This document shows positions 1 through 10,251 of a stretch of 64,000 bases of DNA, piece after piece. The notes under the pieces were generated by a model. The model made no database searches. It had not been told where the DNA came from and worked only from the letters and a program-made list of their open reading frames with translations. Position 1 is the first letter of the stretch. Each line of letters opens with the position of its first letter. The position numbers and the translations under genes are program-made. The DNA lies in the sequence record MW749003.1; one strand, given 5' to 3'.

Positions 1-144
1 GCATTCAGCTGTTGATATATTAGAATCCCTATAATAAATTCCTCTAAACCCGACAATACCATAGTTTACTATGCTATGGTATTGTCATTACAAAATCTAA
101 GAATTAACAACATGAAGATGACATCACTTAAGGAGGAATTTATC

Positions 145-594
145 ATGAAGAAAAGATGTAATAATATTCATTGTATTGATAATAGTATTACAGAAACTGA
201 TTTACAAAAATGTTGGTATTGTAATTCTGATCTAACTATGGTTGGTAAACCTATTGATCTAGATATTGGTCAGAAAATTTATGTTAACGAGCAGAATCAT
301 TTCTTAGGGATATCAGAAGGCAATTTAATCGAATGTGAAATTACTAAGATTAATAAATCTGCATTTTATGCTAAAGAAAAAAATAAAGATTATGAATATA
401 GATTTAATCGAAAAACTTTTACAGGAAAAGGTATTCATGTAGGAAGTATGTTAACTGCTTATTTAACAGTAGATCAATTTAATAAAGAAATGGATTACCA
501 AAAAGAAAGAGATGAATTATTGGTTAAAATTAAAAAAAGGTTAGATGAATTAAATTTAGAAACATTAAAGGATGTAAATAATTTTATTAAGTAA
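145..594 (+). CDS. hypothetical protein with N-terminal Cys/His Zn-ribbon
   Basis: SD aaggagg at 130-136 favours ATG 145 over 76; CNNIHC...CWYC. Confidence 0.6.
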   Translation: MKKRCNNIHCIDNSITETDLQKCWYCNSDLTMVGKPIDLDIGQKIYVNEQNHFLGISEGNLIECEITKINKSAFYAKEKNKDYEYRFNRKTFTGKGIHVGSMLTAYLTVDQFNKEMDYQKERDELLVKIKKRLDELNLETLKDVNNFIK

Positions 595-706
595 AAAGGA
601 GATATATTTGAAAATATTTAAAATGTCTCCCTTATATAAGGTTTAAAAAGAAAAATAAATAGATATTATAATAATGAGAAAATAGATATTAAGGGAGAGA
701 GAAACA

Positions 707-1222
707 ATGACAATGACAAAACCACTTAAAGAGAAAACACTAAGTAATATGTTAGGAAAGCTTTTCAATGAAGAATTTGAACTTACTAAAGAGCAACATG
801 CATTATATGAAAGACTTAAAGAGATTGAAGCACGTAAAGAAGAGATTTTAAATGAGAGAGATATCCTTCAAGGATTAGGGGAAAAAGAAGATTTAGACTT
901 TGTTAGTGTGGATACTGAAACTACCACTACAACTAGAGTTACATTTGATAGAGATGAGAAAATTCAATCAGTTGAGATTAAAGAAGAAAAGAAAGAAAAA
1001 CGTACTAGAATGTCTCAATCTGAGAAAATGAAAGCTATTGATACATTAAAAGAGATTATGGAACAATATGGTCGTCCTATGAAGCTAAGTGATATTATTG
1101 AAGAATTAGCTAACCATGGTTATGAATGGAATAAAGTACAATCTGCACGTAAGTTCATTACAGATTCAGGTATTTTAGATTCACCTTGTCGTGGTATGTA
1201 TCAATTAATTAGAAAATTTTAA
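707..1222 (+). CDS. hypothetical protein, N-terminal coiled coil and C-terminal winged-helix-like domain
   Basis: SD aagggag; MKLSDIIEELANHG...RGMYQL resembles a wHTH; early-type motif GATATTAT-N6-G at 662-676. Confidence 0.55.
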   Translation: MTMTKPLKEKTLSNMLGKLFNEEFELTKEQHALYERLKEIEARKEEILNERDILQGLGEKEDLDFVSVDTETTTTTRVTFDRDEKIQSVEIKEEKKEKRTRMSQSEKMKAIDTLKEIMEQYGRPMKLSDIIEELANHGYEWNKVQSARKFITDSGILDSPCRGMYQLIRKF

Positions 1223-1443
1223 TAAGAGATTAATTATTTGGGAATAAAAATCAATCAACCATTATTAGATTCAATAATGGTTGATTAAAATGGATAAAGA
1301 TTTGTTAAAAACATGTTTAGATAAAATTGAACGTCAAAAAAGGGAGTTAATAGCTGAAAATGCAATGATGCAAACCATGTAAGTAGTAGAAGATTAGTCT
1401 TCTACTACTTATACCAACAATAAAAACTAAAATTTTTTATAGG

Positions 1444-2355
1444 GTGATAATTATGCTAATGACAAAATCTTTTAAAAATATACACCTAATTAAATGGGAT
1501 ATCTATACAGTTCTTAAAACACATGATAAAATATTAGATATACTATCAAATAGAGTAAATTATCAGAAAGTACACATTGAAACAATTTATACTGAATCCG
1601 GAATCCAAGTAGTACAAAAATTAACTAATGATACATATAATATATCTAAAAATAGTCTCCCTCTTTTATCTTATGGAGAAGCCAAGTTTAGTAAAGATGC
1701 AATGGATATGATAGTAAATAATTTTATGAATAGTAATAATTTAAAAACTCAAGATGACTATAATAAATATAAAGAAATGCTTTTAAATAATGAGAATAAT
1801 GAAGTTACAGTTGTTATAGATGCATCTAATATCGTGTTACAGACAAATCATATTTCTGATGAAGAAATAGATCGTGCTAAAAAACATCTAATTTCTAATC
1901 ATGATTTTTATGAATCTAAAAAATTATGTGATGTGTGTGGTAAAAGATCTAATAATGTATCTGAAAGAAATGAATTTGGTAGATTTAAGATTCATTATTT
2001 CTGTGATGATCATAGAGTTAAGGAATTATATAAGAATAAAAGTATAATAAATAACCAAATTATATCATATAATGGAAAAAATAAAATTAATCTTGGAGCT
2101 AAACCTACATGTGATGTATGTAAAGGAAGTTTATCCACCTTTATATACACTGATCAATTTTATTTATTATATGATGATACAAAATTATGCAATAATTGTG
2201 TTCATAGCTATATAGGAAGAAATTTATTAAATCAACATGGACATAGATGTGAAAACTGTCGTGGACAAGGATATATTAGGGATTACAAACTCTATAAAGT
2301 AGTTTGTGCTTATTGTCAAGGAACAGGTTGGATTAAGAAGGAGAACAGTAAATGA
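1444..2355 (+). CDS. paralogue family A protein with C-terminal DnaJ-type Zn finger
   Basis: HLIKW motif; CENCRGQG...CAYCQGTGW (CxxCxGxG x2). Confidence 0.6.
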   Translation: MIIMLMTKSFKNIHLIKWDIYTVLKTHDKILDILSNRVNYQKVHIETIYTESGIQVVQKLTNDTYNISKNSLPLLSYGEAKFSKDAMDMIVNNFMNSNNLKTQDDYNKYKEMLLNNENNEVTVVIDASNIVLQTNHISDEEIDRAKKHLISNHDFYESKKLCDVCGKRSNNVSERNEFGRFKIHYFCDDHRVKELYKNKSIINNQIISYNGKNKINLGAKPTCDVCKGSLSTFIYTDQFYLLYDDTKLCNNCVHSYIGRNLLNQHGHRCENCRGQGYIRDYKLYKVVCAYCQGTGWIKKENSK

Positions 2356-3254
2356 GGGATTTACATTTAATTAAATGGTCATTAGCGGGAATGATTAGAT
2401 TTGAGGATTTATGTTTTCCTCAATTTGATAAAACTTATGAAATTATTTTTACTGATGGTTATGTAGAATTAGTTTTTGAACGAAAAAATAATTTTATTAC
2501 ATTTAAAGTACCTGTTGGAATTAAATATGGGAAGCCTTATCTTTCTAATGAATTAAAAAAAGAAATACAAGAAAGAACTATTACTTATTATTATAAATAT
2601 GTTAATTGTCTAAAAAGAGATGAATATTTAGATTATAGGAATAAATATCTACAAAATAAAAATAATAAAGTAGCTATTTTAAGAGATTCTAAAAAGTTAA
2701 AAGTATATGCTAATTACGAAATATCTGAGAAAGAGTTTCTAAATATTAGGCGAGAAAGAGTGAAGATTAAGGATTTTCTCAAGGAGAATATATGTGAAGT
2801 TTGTGGTTCAAGAAACTTATTAACTAGATTCAATAGACACAATTTATGTAATAAACATTCAATACAAGTTGAATTTAAAGAATATCATAGTTTAGATGAT
2901 TTAATAAAGGAAAATAATAAATTAAAATGCCATTGCTGTAATGAAGATATTTTAAAAACTGATCTTTATATGAAACAAGATAAAGAAGCGAAAGAAAATA
3001 TCGCATCGCCAATATTCACTATATTTCATAATACGGATCCACTGGATAAAGATTTATATTATTGTGATCAATGTAAAAGAAAGTTTAATGATAAAATAGT
3101 TGAAAATATTGTTAAACGGTCAGAAATATGCAAATGTAAGGAGTGTAATGGAAAAGGTTACGAAAGAAATTATTATGTAGAAAAAGAATTCTGTGAAAAA
3201 TGTAATGGTAAAGGATGGGTTAAGAAGAAGGGAGTAAATAATGAAGTACAATAA
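2352..3254 (+). CDS. paralogue family A protein with C-terminal DnaJ-type Zn finger
   Basis: HLIKW motif; CKECNGKG...CEKCNGKGW; ATGA overlap with upstream gene. Confidence 0.6.
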   Translation: MRDLHLIKWSLAGMIRFEDLCFPQFDKTYEIIFTDGYVELVFERKNNFITFKVPVGIKYGKPYLSNELKKEIQERTITYYYKYVNCLKRDEYLDYRNKYLQNKNNKVAILRDSKKLKVYANYEISEKEFLNIRRERVKIKDFLKENICEVCGSRNLLTRFNRHNLCNKHSIQVEFKEYHSLDDLIKENNKLKCHCCNEDILKTDLYMKQDKEAKENIASPIFTIFHNTDPLDKDLYYCDQCKRKFNDKIVENIVKRSEICKCKECNGKGYERNYYVEKEFCEKCNGKGWVKKKGVNNEVQ

Positions 3255-3687
3255 TACTTTAGATAGATGGAGACATTTAATTATTTGGGATTTTGAAGAT
3301 GTTATGAAATTTGATTCAAAAATACCAAAGAGTATTAAATATAATCATCAAGACACTGACTTAATAATTCTGTATGAAGTAGTTCTAGCGGAAGAGTATA
3401 TTGAGTTTATCTATAAAACCAATGATAAATTTAGATTATCAAAAATTATTCCACCTATTAAGAATAATAAAATAAAATATACAGAGGATTTCTATGATAG
3501 AATGTTAGCATGTACTCATCCTTTTTATACTGTTCCTAATACTAAAATATTGATCAAAGATGAATATGATAAATATAGATTAGAACTTATGAATAATTTA
3601 AAAAATAAAGTTATATTATTATCATATAACTCAGAAAGGATGAAAGTATATACAAATTATAAACTATCAGGATTGGAGGAGATTTAA
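3241..3687 (+). CDS. paralogue family A protein lacking the Zn-finger half
   Basis: HLIIW and NKVILL...KVYTNY shared with the two upstream genes. Confidence 0.5.
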   Translation: MKYNNTLDRWRHLIIWDFEDVMKFDSKIPKSIKYNHQDTDLIILYEVVLAEEYIEFIYKTNDKFRLSKIIPPIKNNKIKYTEDFYDRMLACTHPFYTVPNTKILIKDEYDKYRLELMNNLKNKVILLSYNSERMKVYTNYKLSGLEEI

Positions 3688-3834
3688 GATCAGTTAGAAA
3701 AATATATAGTTATAATGAAATATAATATCTTAAAACGAATAGATGATGATAAATTAATCATTAGTTATGATATTACACAACTAATGATTAGTGAGAATAA
3801 TCATATTTAAAAATACATGTAAAGGATGATGAAA

Positions 3835-6800
3835 ATGGCAATTATTAAGAAAGATTATGAAACTATTCAAACTGAAAATGCTACAGAATATTATGATGAG
3901 GTTTTAAAGGAACGTGCTATTCCAGATCCTCGTGATGGATTAAAACCTATTCACCGCAGAATTCTATGGGGTATGCATGTACATAAATGGGAATCAAATA
4001 AACCGCATGTTAAGTCAGCAAAAATTACGGGGAGCATTATTGGTAAACAGTAGTTTCATTGCCTATCAATTATGATAGAGTATATAACTTAGCAATGAAA
4101 TTCTTGCCGTCTTAAGTGGTAACATTTAAGATTATTAATGGGGGATTAAGCTGGGAGGGTTTAGTTATCCTGATCAGAGTCCGAAGGATAAATGTAATAA
4201 TTTATTCAGGCGCAACGCATAGATTGCTGAAACTTCACAAGATGAAGAATATAATGTATCCACGAGACCCCATTAACCGTCTATTGTGAAATACATGGTT
4301 AAAAAGATATGCTATGCTGAGTTGGAAATGACCAACTGATGAAAATGAGGGAAACCTCCAGAGCATAGGATAAAAAGCCTATGGTTAATAACTAACAGGA
4401 ATATCATCCCCACGGAAATGCAAGCGTATATGAAGCACTAGTAAAAATGTATCAACCTTGGTATGTCAATAAAAGCCTTATTGATGCTCATGGTAAGTAA
4501 AATCCTTTAATATTATATGAATACCGTCATATAATAGATTAGGCTCGTTAAAGGATATGCCGTTTTGTATGGTAACATACATCATTATTACTGGGGGATT
4601 AAGCTGGGAGGGTATAGCCTATCCTGATCAGAGTCCGAAGGATGGATGTAATAGTCCATTCAGGCGCAACGCATAGATTGCTGAAACTTCACAAGATGAA
4701 GAATATAATGTATCCAAGAGACCCCAGTATCCATCTATTGTGAAATACATGGATAAAAAGATATGCTATACTGGATTGGAAATGACCAATCGATGAAAAT
4801 GAGGGAAACCTCCAGAGCATAGGATAAAAAGCCTATGGTTAATAACTATTAGAACTTTGGAAGTGTGTATGGGGATCCAGCCGCCGCTGAACGTTATAGT
4901 GAAGCTAGAATCCATAAATTTGCAGAAGAGGTTTTACTTTCAAATATTAATAAAAACATTGTTGATTTTGTTCCAAACTTTGATAATACTTTAGAAGAGC
5001 CAAAAGTATTACCTTCTATTCTTCCAATGATATTAGTTAATGGTAGTCTCGGTATTGCCGCTGGTTATGCAACCAACCAACATCCACATAATATTAATGA
5101 AGTTATTGATGAGACTATTAAGTATATTAAAGATAATAACTATCAAATCAAGCTACTACCAGATTACCCAACTGGTGGAGTAATTATTAATAAAAGGCAA
5201 GTAGAAGAAGCATATACTACTGGTAAATCAAAGGCTATTATTAGAGCAAGAATTACCAAAAATGAAAAGAAACATGAATTAGTTATTAGTGAGATTCCAT
5301 ATCTAAAAACATCTGATAAACTAATTGAATCTATTCAAAATGTAGCTAATGATAGAATTGAGAAAGGTAATAAGATTCCTAAGAAGATTGAAGGAATTAA
5401 GAATATTAAAAACCTTTCAGAGAAAGGTAAAATTAATATTATTATTGAAGTAAAGAAAGGTTATGAGCTAGATTTAATTGAAAATCAATTATATAAATAT
5501 ACTAATTGTCAATTTACTCTACCAATGGACTTTAATGGAGTAATAGACAAGAAGTTTATTAACTTTACTAACGTCAACCAAATTGTTGCAGAATGGTTAA
5601 ATTTCCGTATTGTTACTCTTAGACGTTTATTTACAAATGATCTTAAAGATGCTAAGAAGAGAATTCATATTATTGATGGATTACTTACTGCGTTAGGTAC
5701 TAATCTAGATCGTTTGTTAGATATTATCAGAACTAGTAAAAGTAGATCGCAAATGGTTGAAACTATTGTAAAAGAATTTAAAATTGAAGAAGATCAAGCT
5801 GAATATATTGTAAATATGAAATTATATCGTATTAACAATATTGAAATTGATCAATTGAAAAAAGAAAGAAAAGACTTAGAAAAGAAATATAACGATACGG
5901 TATTATACTTTAAAGATGATAATAAGATTAATGAGTATATTATCTCTGAACTTGAAAATGCTAAGAAAAAGTTTGGTTGTGAACGAAAAACAACTGTTCT
6001 AGATTTAAATATAGAAGATATTAATAATAAAGAAAATCTTATTATTGACAGTAACCATACTTTCATTTGTACTAATCGTTATATTAAGAAATTAAATAAT
6101 ACTATCAAAGTTCAAAAACGTGGTGGTAAAGGAAATAGTATTGGTAAGATTAAATCTGATGATAATCCAATTACTATTTTTAATGCAAATAATAAGGATA
6201 ATATTCTTATTTTTACGAATGCAGGAAAAGTTTATTCAAGAAAAGCTTATGAGATTGAAGGTTGTGAAATCCAATCATATGGCTATAATCTAAATAGTAT
6301 TATTAAAGATGAAACTCTAACAAATGTCCTTGCAATGACAGATGATGAGATGAATAATGAAAATATCAAAATTGCAATTGGTACTAGATTGAATAAAATT
6401 AAACTAGTGGATGTAGCAGAATTTAAGAATATTTATCAATCAGGTATTATTGCAACTAAATTAAATGATGGTGATAGTGTTATCTTTGCTCAAAAAGTAG
6501 ATATGAAAGGAAAGAATTCTATTATTGCTTGCACTAATACAGGAGCAACAATTAATATGTCACTTGACTCTATCCCAGTAGTTCTTCGCCCTACATTTGG
6601 TTCTAATATTTTTGATAATTCTATTATTAATAAAGGAGATTATATTGCTGGTATTGATCTAGTAACAGAAGAAGTATCACATGCTTTCTTTATTAGTAAA
6701 AAAGGATTGGGAAAACGAGTTGAAATCTCTGAGTTCCCTGAACAAATCCGTGGTGGTAAAGGTCGAATTGGAATTAGAGCAAAAGAAAATGATGAAATTG

Positions 6801-6967
6801 TGAGAATTGTTTCTGTTAAACCGGATTCTGATTTAACCATTATTAGTAATACTAGTATTATTGGAATGGACATTGATGAAGTAAGTGTATTACTCCGTCC
6901 AGCATTTGGTAACACTATTAAGAAATTAAATAAAGATGAGATTATTTTGGGAGCAACCGCTATTTAA
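3835..6967 (+). CDS. gyrA: DNA gyrase subunit A, spliced (exons 3835-4044, 4399-4494, 4853-6967; about 806 aa)
   Basis: RAIPDPRDGLKPIHRRIL; spliced junctions IIG|EYHPHG and DAHG|NFGS; catalytic AAAERYSEAR; GyrA-box QKRGGKG. Confidence 0.95.
4045..4398 (+). mobile_element. group I intron, no ORF (gyrA intron 1, 354 nt)
   Basis: exon ends GGU; P1 ggt/gcc with U.G pair; terminal G4398; P7-like GCAUA/UAUGC; removal restores frame. Confidence 0.92.
4495..4852 (+). mobile_element. group I intron, no ORF (gyrA intron 2, 358 nt)
   Basis: exon ends GGU; terminal G4852; core nearly identical to intron 1; removal gives HGNFGS. Confidence 0.92.
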
Positions 6968-6969
6968 TT

Positions 6970-6995
6970 AGAGAAGACTATTAGTCTTCTCTTTT
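6970..6995 (+). terminator. intrinsic terminator after gyrA
   Basis: agagaagacta-t-tagtcttctct followed by ttt. Confidence 0.75.
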
Positions 6996-7060
6996 ATTAT
7001 ATTGGAGGGAAATTAATATATGTATATAAGTACGCTTAAAAAAGGTCAAACGAAGGATAA

Positions 7061-7537
7061 ATGGGGGAAACTAAAATGATTCAAAAATTAATTAGTGGAG
7101 ACTTCTTAAATAAAAAATTGGTATCTATCTCAAATATTCAACCGTATAATGTTCTTAATGAATATCTTGATAGAGAGAGCATTTATGACGATTATCCTGT
7201 GGTAAGAAATAAAGGTGAAATTGGTTTTACTGTAAAAGAAAGTGTCACATTTAAATTTGAGAATGATGTATGCTTAAATGTATTTGCCTTTTCAAGTGAT
7301 GATCCAAAAATGGATTATAGTGTAACTGACTATAATGAAAATGATATTAGCATTAATTCACTAATTGGTAAGAAAATTAAGACATTTAGACAAATTGGGG
7401 AACAGGAATTTATTCTTATTTTTGAAGATAAATTAGAGGTTTATGTGGGAATTGATGATGGTATTTTAAATTGGGAAATTACTAAAGATGGTTCTTACTT
7501 TATAGAAAGAGATAAAGATTTGCTTGTTGCTAATTAA
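7061..7537 (+). CDS. hypothetical protein
   Basis: 158-aa ORF with SD-like sequence. Confidence 0.55.
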   Translation: MGETKMIQKLISGDFLNKKLVSISNIQPYNVLNEYLDRESIYDDYPVVRNKGEIGFTVKESVTFKFENDVCLNVFAFSSDDPKMDYSVTDYNENDISINSLIGKKIKTFRQIGEQEFILIFEDKLEVYVGIDDGILNWEITKDGSYFIERDKDLLVAN

Positions 7538-7562
7538 ACGTATTAAAATGATTAACTAAACA

Positions 7563-7577
7563 TATATTATCTTCCTG
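7563..7577 (+). promoter_or_regulatory. phage early promoter TATATTAT-N6-G
   Basis: same motif and spacing at 7821, 19991, 24551, 36039, 40226, 49830, 52630, 54988 (+) and 27328-27335, 63928-63935 (-); resembles the reported AR9 early consensus. Confidence 0.75.
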
Positions 7578-7606
7578 ATATTAACGAAATATTAGGAGGA
7601 TAATAT

Positions 7607-7804
7607 ATGAAAAATTTTGAGAGTTTCTTTGTAAAGATATTACTATTAGTTTCAACATTCTTTTTGTCTATTTTTGCATATTATTATATGGATTCTGGAA
7701 AAGAGCTTATTACAGTATTACTTATATATCTCCCATTTGCTTTTGCAGTTTTATGGTCTGAAATAGTAAATTATTATAAAGATAAAAATAATAAACCGTA
7801 TTAA
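7607..7804 (+). CDS. small two-TM membrane protein
   Basis: SD aggagg; two hydrophobic stretches. Confidence 0.6.
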   Translation: MKNFESFFVKILLLVSTFFLSIFAYYYMDSGKELITVLLIYLPFAFAVLWSEIVNYYKDKNNKPY

Positions 7805-7865
7805 ACTACCTAAGCAAATATATATTATAATCTTGATATAGTTAAAATAAAGGGAGAGATATATA

Positions 7866-8054
7866 ATGATTGAAAGTTTACAGAGAAAATTTAAATGGTT
7901 CAAAATAATAATGACTATTAGTACCATTATTGGACTATTTATAGTATTGGGAATTCTATTTAGATTTGTATTGGCAATATTATTTTCTAAATTATTTTGG
8001 TTGGCTTTGATTATTGGATTCTTAGTATATGTGATTACTAAAAGTAAAAAATAA
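7866..8054 (+). CDS. small membrane protein
   Basis: SD aagggag; long hydrophobic core; early promoter at 7821. Confidence 0.6.
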   Translation: MIESLQRKFKWFKIIMTISTIIGLFIVLGILFRFVLAILFSKLFWLALIIGFLVYVITKSKK

Positions 8055-8071
8055 AAGTTATATAAAGGAGA

Positions 8072-8452
8072 ATGAATAAAATGAACTCAAGTAATTATGC
8101 AGTAGTAAGAGATTTAGAAAAAGAAGAGATTTTGATTGAAGAGAGAAAGACAAAAATTGAAAATTTCTTGAGTAACTTATACAATTATACATTCTTATCA
8201 TTAATTGTAATTACAGTTATTATTTGTTCTTGGAAGATGATTGATAACCATAATATCAATGTGCAATTTAATGATGCAAAGAAAGAAGAGATTATAGTTC
8301 AAAATGGGGAAACATTATGGACAATTGTTGATAAAACTAATTTCCAAAATGATTTAGATAAAGAAACTATTATCAGAAAAATTAGGGAAATAAATAATAT
8401 GTCTACTAGTGATATTGTTGCTGGGGAAACTTTAGTTATTCCAGTTAAATAA
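8072..8452 (+). CDS. TM-LysM protein, YneA-like cell-division inhibitor
   Basis: one TM helix then LysM IIVQNGETLWTIV...N...DIVAGETLVIPVK. Confidence 0.75.
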   Translation: MNKMNSSNYAVVRDLEKEEILIEERKTKIENFLSNLYNYTFLSLIVITVIICSWKMIDNHNINVQFNDAKKEEIIVQNGETLWTIVDKTNFQNDLDKETIIRKIREINNMSTSDIVAGETLVIPVK

Positions 8453-8478
8453 TAAATAAAATATGGGAGTGTTGTACT

Positions 8479-8850
8479 ATGAAGCAAACAATTTTTAACA
8501 TTCAGGGGCATTCAAGTTATATAGATAATGGGGTTAATATTCCTCTTTCCTATGATGGAGATTTTGGAGGAAAGGATTTTAATATTCAGCTATTTGGTAC
8601 AGCTCTCAATATTATATTAAATAAAGATTATAATTTTATACAATACCTAGAATATATTGAACATTTTTCAGATGATATTAGTAAATTCTTTAACTCAAAT
8701 TTATTAAATGATATTAAATCCGTAGAATTTTCTTGGAAGGATAATAAAATTCGATTTGAAGTTTCTTTAGTAGGTGGAAGAGTTTATTATTCAATTGGTT
8801 TAAATGGTGAGTCATATGGTTTAGAGCTAGAAGAAGTAATAACAGGTTAA
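8479..8850 (+). CDS. hypothetical protein
   Basis: SD gggag; 123 aa. Confidence 0.55.
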   Translation: MKQTIFNIQGHSSYIDNGVNIPLSYDGDFGGKDFNIQLFGTALNIILNKDYNFIQYLEYIEHFSDDISKFFNSNLLNDIKSVEFSWKDNKIRFEVSLVGGRVYYSIGLNGESYGLELEEVITG

Positions 8851-8889
8851 TTAGTTAATAATGAGAGCTTATGCTCTCATTATTTTTTT

Positions 8890-10155
8890 TTATAAATTAA
8901 TAATTTGTTCATCACTTGCATTTGACATGATTTTATTTTTAAGATCTCCCAATTTTAAAAATTGATGTACTTTCTTTAAATTTTCTATTTCAAGACTTCC
9001 ACTATTTATCATTTTATTAATTAATTCAAGTTGCTTTTTTATATCTTTTTTCTGTTCAATTGAGATCTCTTTATTACTAGTTAACTCATGTTCCAGTTTT
9101 TTCTTAATTAATAAAATTCTCTTGTAGGTTGTTGGGTGCGGTTCGAAAAAATAAAAAAATAGATCCAATTGCATTTCATATAATGATAAATAGTTAAGGA
9201 ATACTTTATTATTTGCATTTTTATTCTTTTTAAAATCAGTTAATAACGATCCTAATGAAAATCCATATCCATACATAGTAGCAAAGCTATCTGAAAATCT
9301 TTCTTGATCATAATCTTTATCAAGAAAATTAAATGCCAAATTAATAACATTATCTCCGATACTACTATTAAATATATTATTCTTAATATCATTTATTTTT
9401 TCAATATGAGGAAAGAAGTCAGATATTTTTTTATTAATCATAGTTATTTTTGATAAACTCTTATATGTTAGATCATTTACTTTTATCTTTTTTTCTAATG
9501 TTACAGCTTTTTTAGGAGAAATAAGTGAAATTGTAAAGAATAAGACTCTATAAAAATCCCTAATTATAGCAGTGATAATATTTTTTAATATTTTATATTT
9601 AATATCACCACCATCTTTTTTTATTTTGACAATTTTAAAGAGTTGTTTTGTATAATTTAATAATCTATATAGTCCTGAAAGTGGATAAATTGAAGCTCTA
9701 AAATAATTTTTTAGATCTAACATCCTTCTTAGATAAAAAAATTGATGTCCAAATTCATGTAGAATTGCAGAAATAATTTTCTCCTCTGAACTTTCTTTTA
9801 TTAATCTTGATGATAAATGAAGAACTAATTCTTTTTTTACTTTATCCTTAAATTTATATCCCTCTTTTGTCTTTATAACTTCATAATATTCTAAGTCCAT
9901 ATCCTTAAAACTGTTAAAATCAATAAAAGACATAACTCCAGCATATAAATTTTTTTCATCTGGTGTAATAAGAATATTTACATTTTTTATATTAAATAAT
10001 TCTTCAAATAATTTTTCTATTTCTCTTAGTTTATTGCTTTTATTTGGATTTTTTCCTTTCTTCATCATATTCTTTAAATCAGTTAGATATTCTTCACATT
10101 TAATAAGCTTATCATTTTTCCCAAAATATGATTCCAATATTAAAGTCTTAACCAT
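8890..10155 (-). CDS. late zinc-metalloprotease-like (HExxH) protein, probably virion-associated
   Basis: LHEFGH, ERFSDSFATMYGY, HPTTYKRI (M48-like motif order); late promoter AACA-N6-TA at 10184-10195 (-). Confidence 0.65.
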   Translation of the reverse strand: MVKTLILESYFGKNDKLIKCEEYLTDLKNMMKKGKNPNKSNKLREIEKLFEELFNIKNVNILITPDEKNLYAGVMSFIDFNSFKDMDLEYYEVIKTKEGYKFKDKVKKELVLHLSSRLIKESSEEKIISAILHEFGHQFFYLRRMLDLKNYFRASIYPLSGLYRLLNYTKQLFKIVKIKKDGGDIKYKILKNIITAIIRDFYRVLFFTISLISPKKAVTLEKKIKVNDLTYKSLSKITMINKKISDFFPHIEKINDIKNNIFNSSIGDNVINLAFNFLDKDYDQERFSDSFATMYGYGFSLGSLLTDFKKNKNANNKVFLNYLSLYEMQLDLFFYFFEPHPTTYKRILLIKKKLEHELTSNKEISIEQKKDIKKQLELINKMINSGSLEIENLKKVHQFLKLGDLKNKIMSNASDEQIINL

Positions 10156-10212
10156 TTAAAAACCTCCTTAACGTTTAATATCTTATTAAAATGTTTCCTA
10201 ATATACATAGTA

Positions 10213-10224
10213 AACATTTTATTA
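10213..10224 (+). promoter_or_regulatory. phage late promoter AACA-N6-T(A/G)
   Basis: aaca-ttttat-ta; same motif at 11462, 27564, 30005, 34417, 38848, 58920, 60087, 63965 (+) and 10184, 29980, 49800, 52503, 58897 (-); matches the established AR9 nvRNAP consensus. Confidence 0.8.
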
Positions 10225-10251
10225 TAAACTGACAGGAAAGGAAGAAGTTTT

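Noticed and set aside
3826-4053. 75-aa ORF and GTG-started ORF 4865-6967 as separate genes
   Set aside because: They are gyrA exons joined through two introns.
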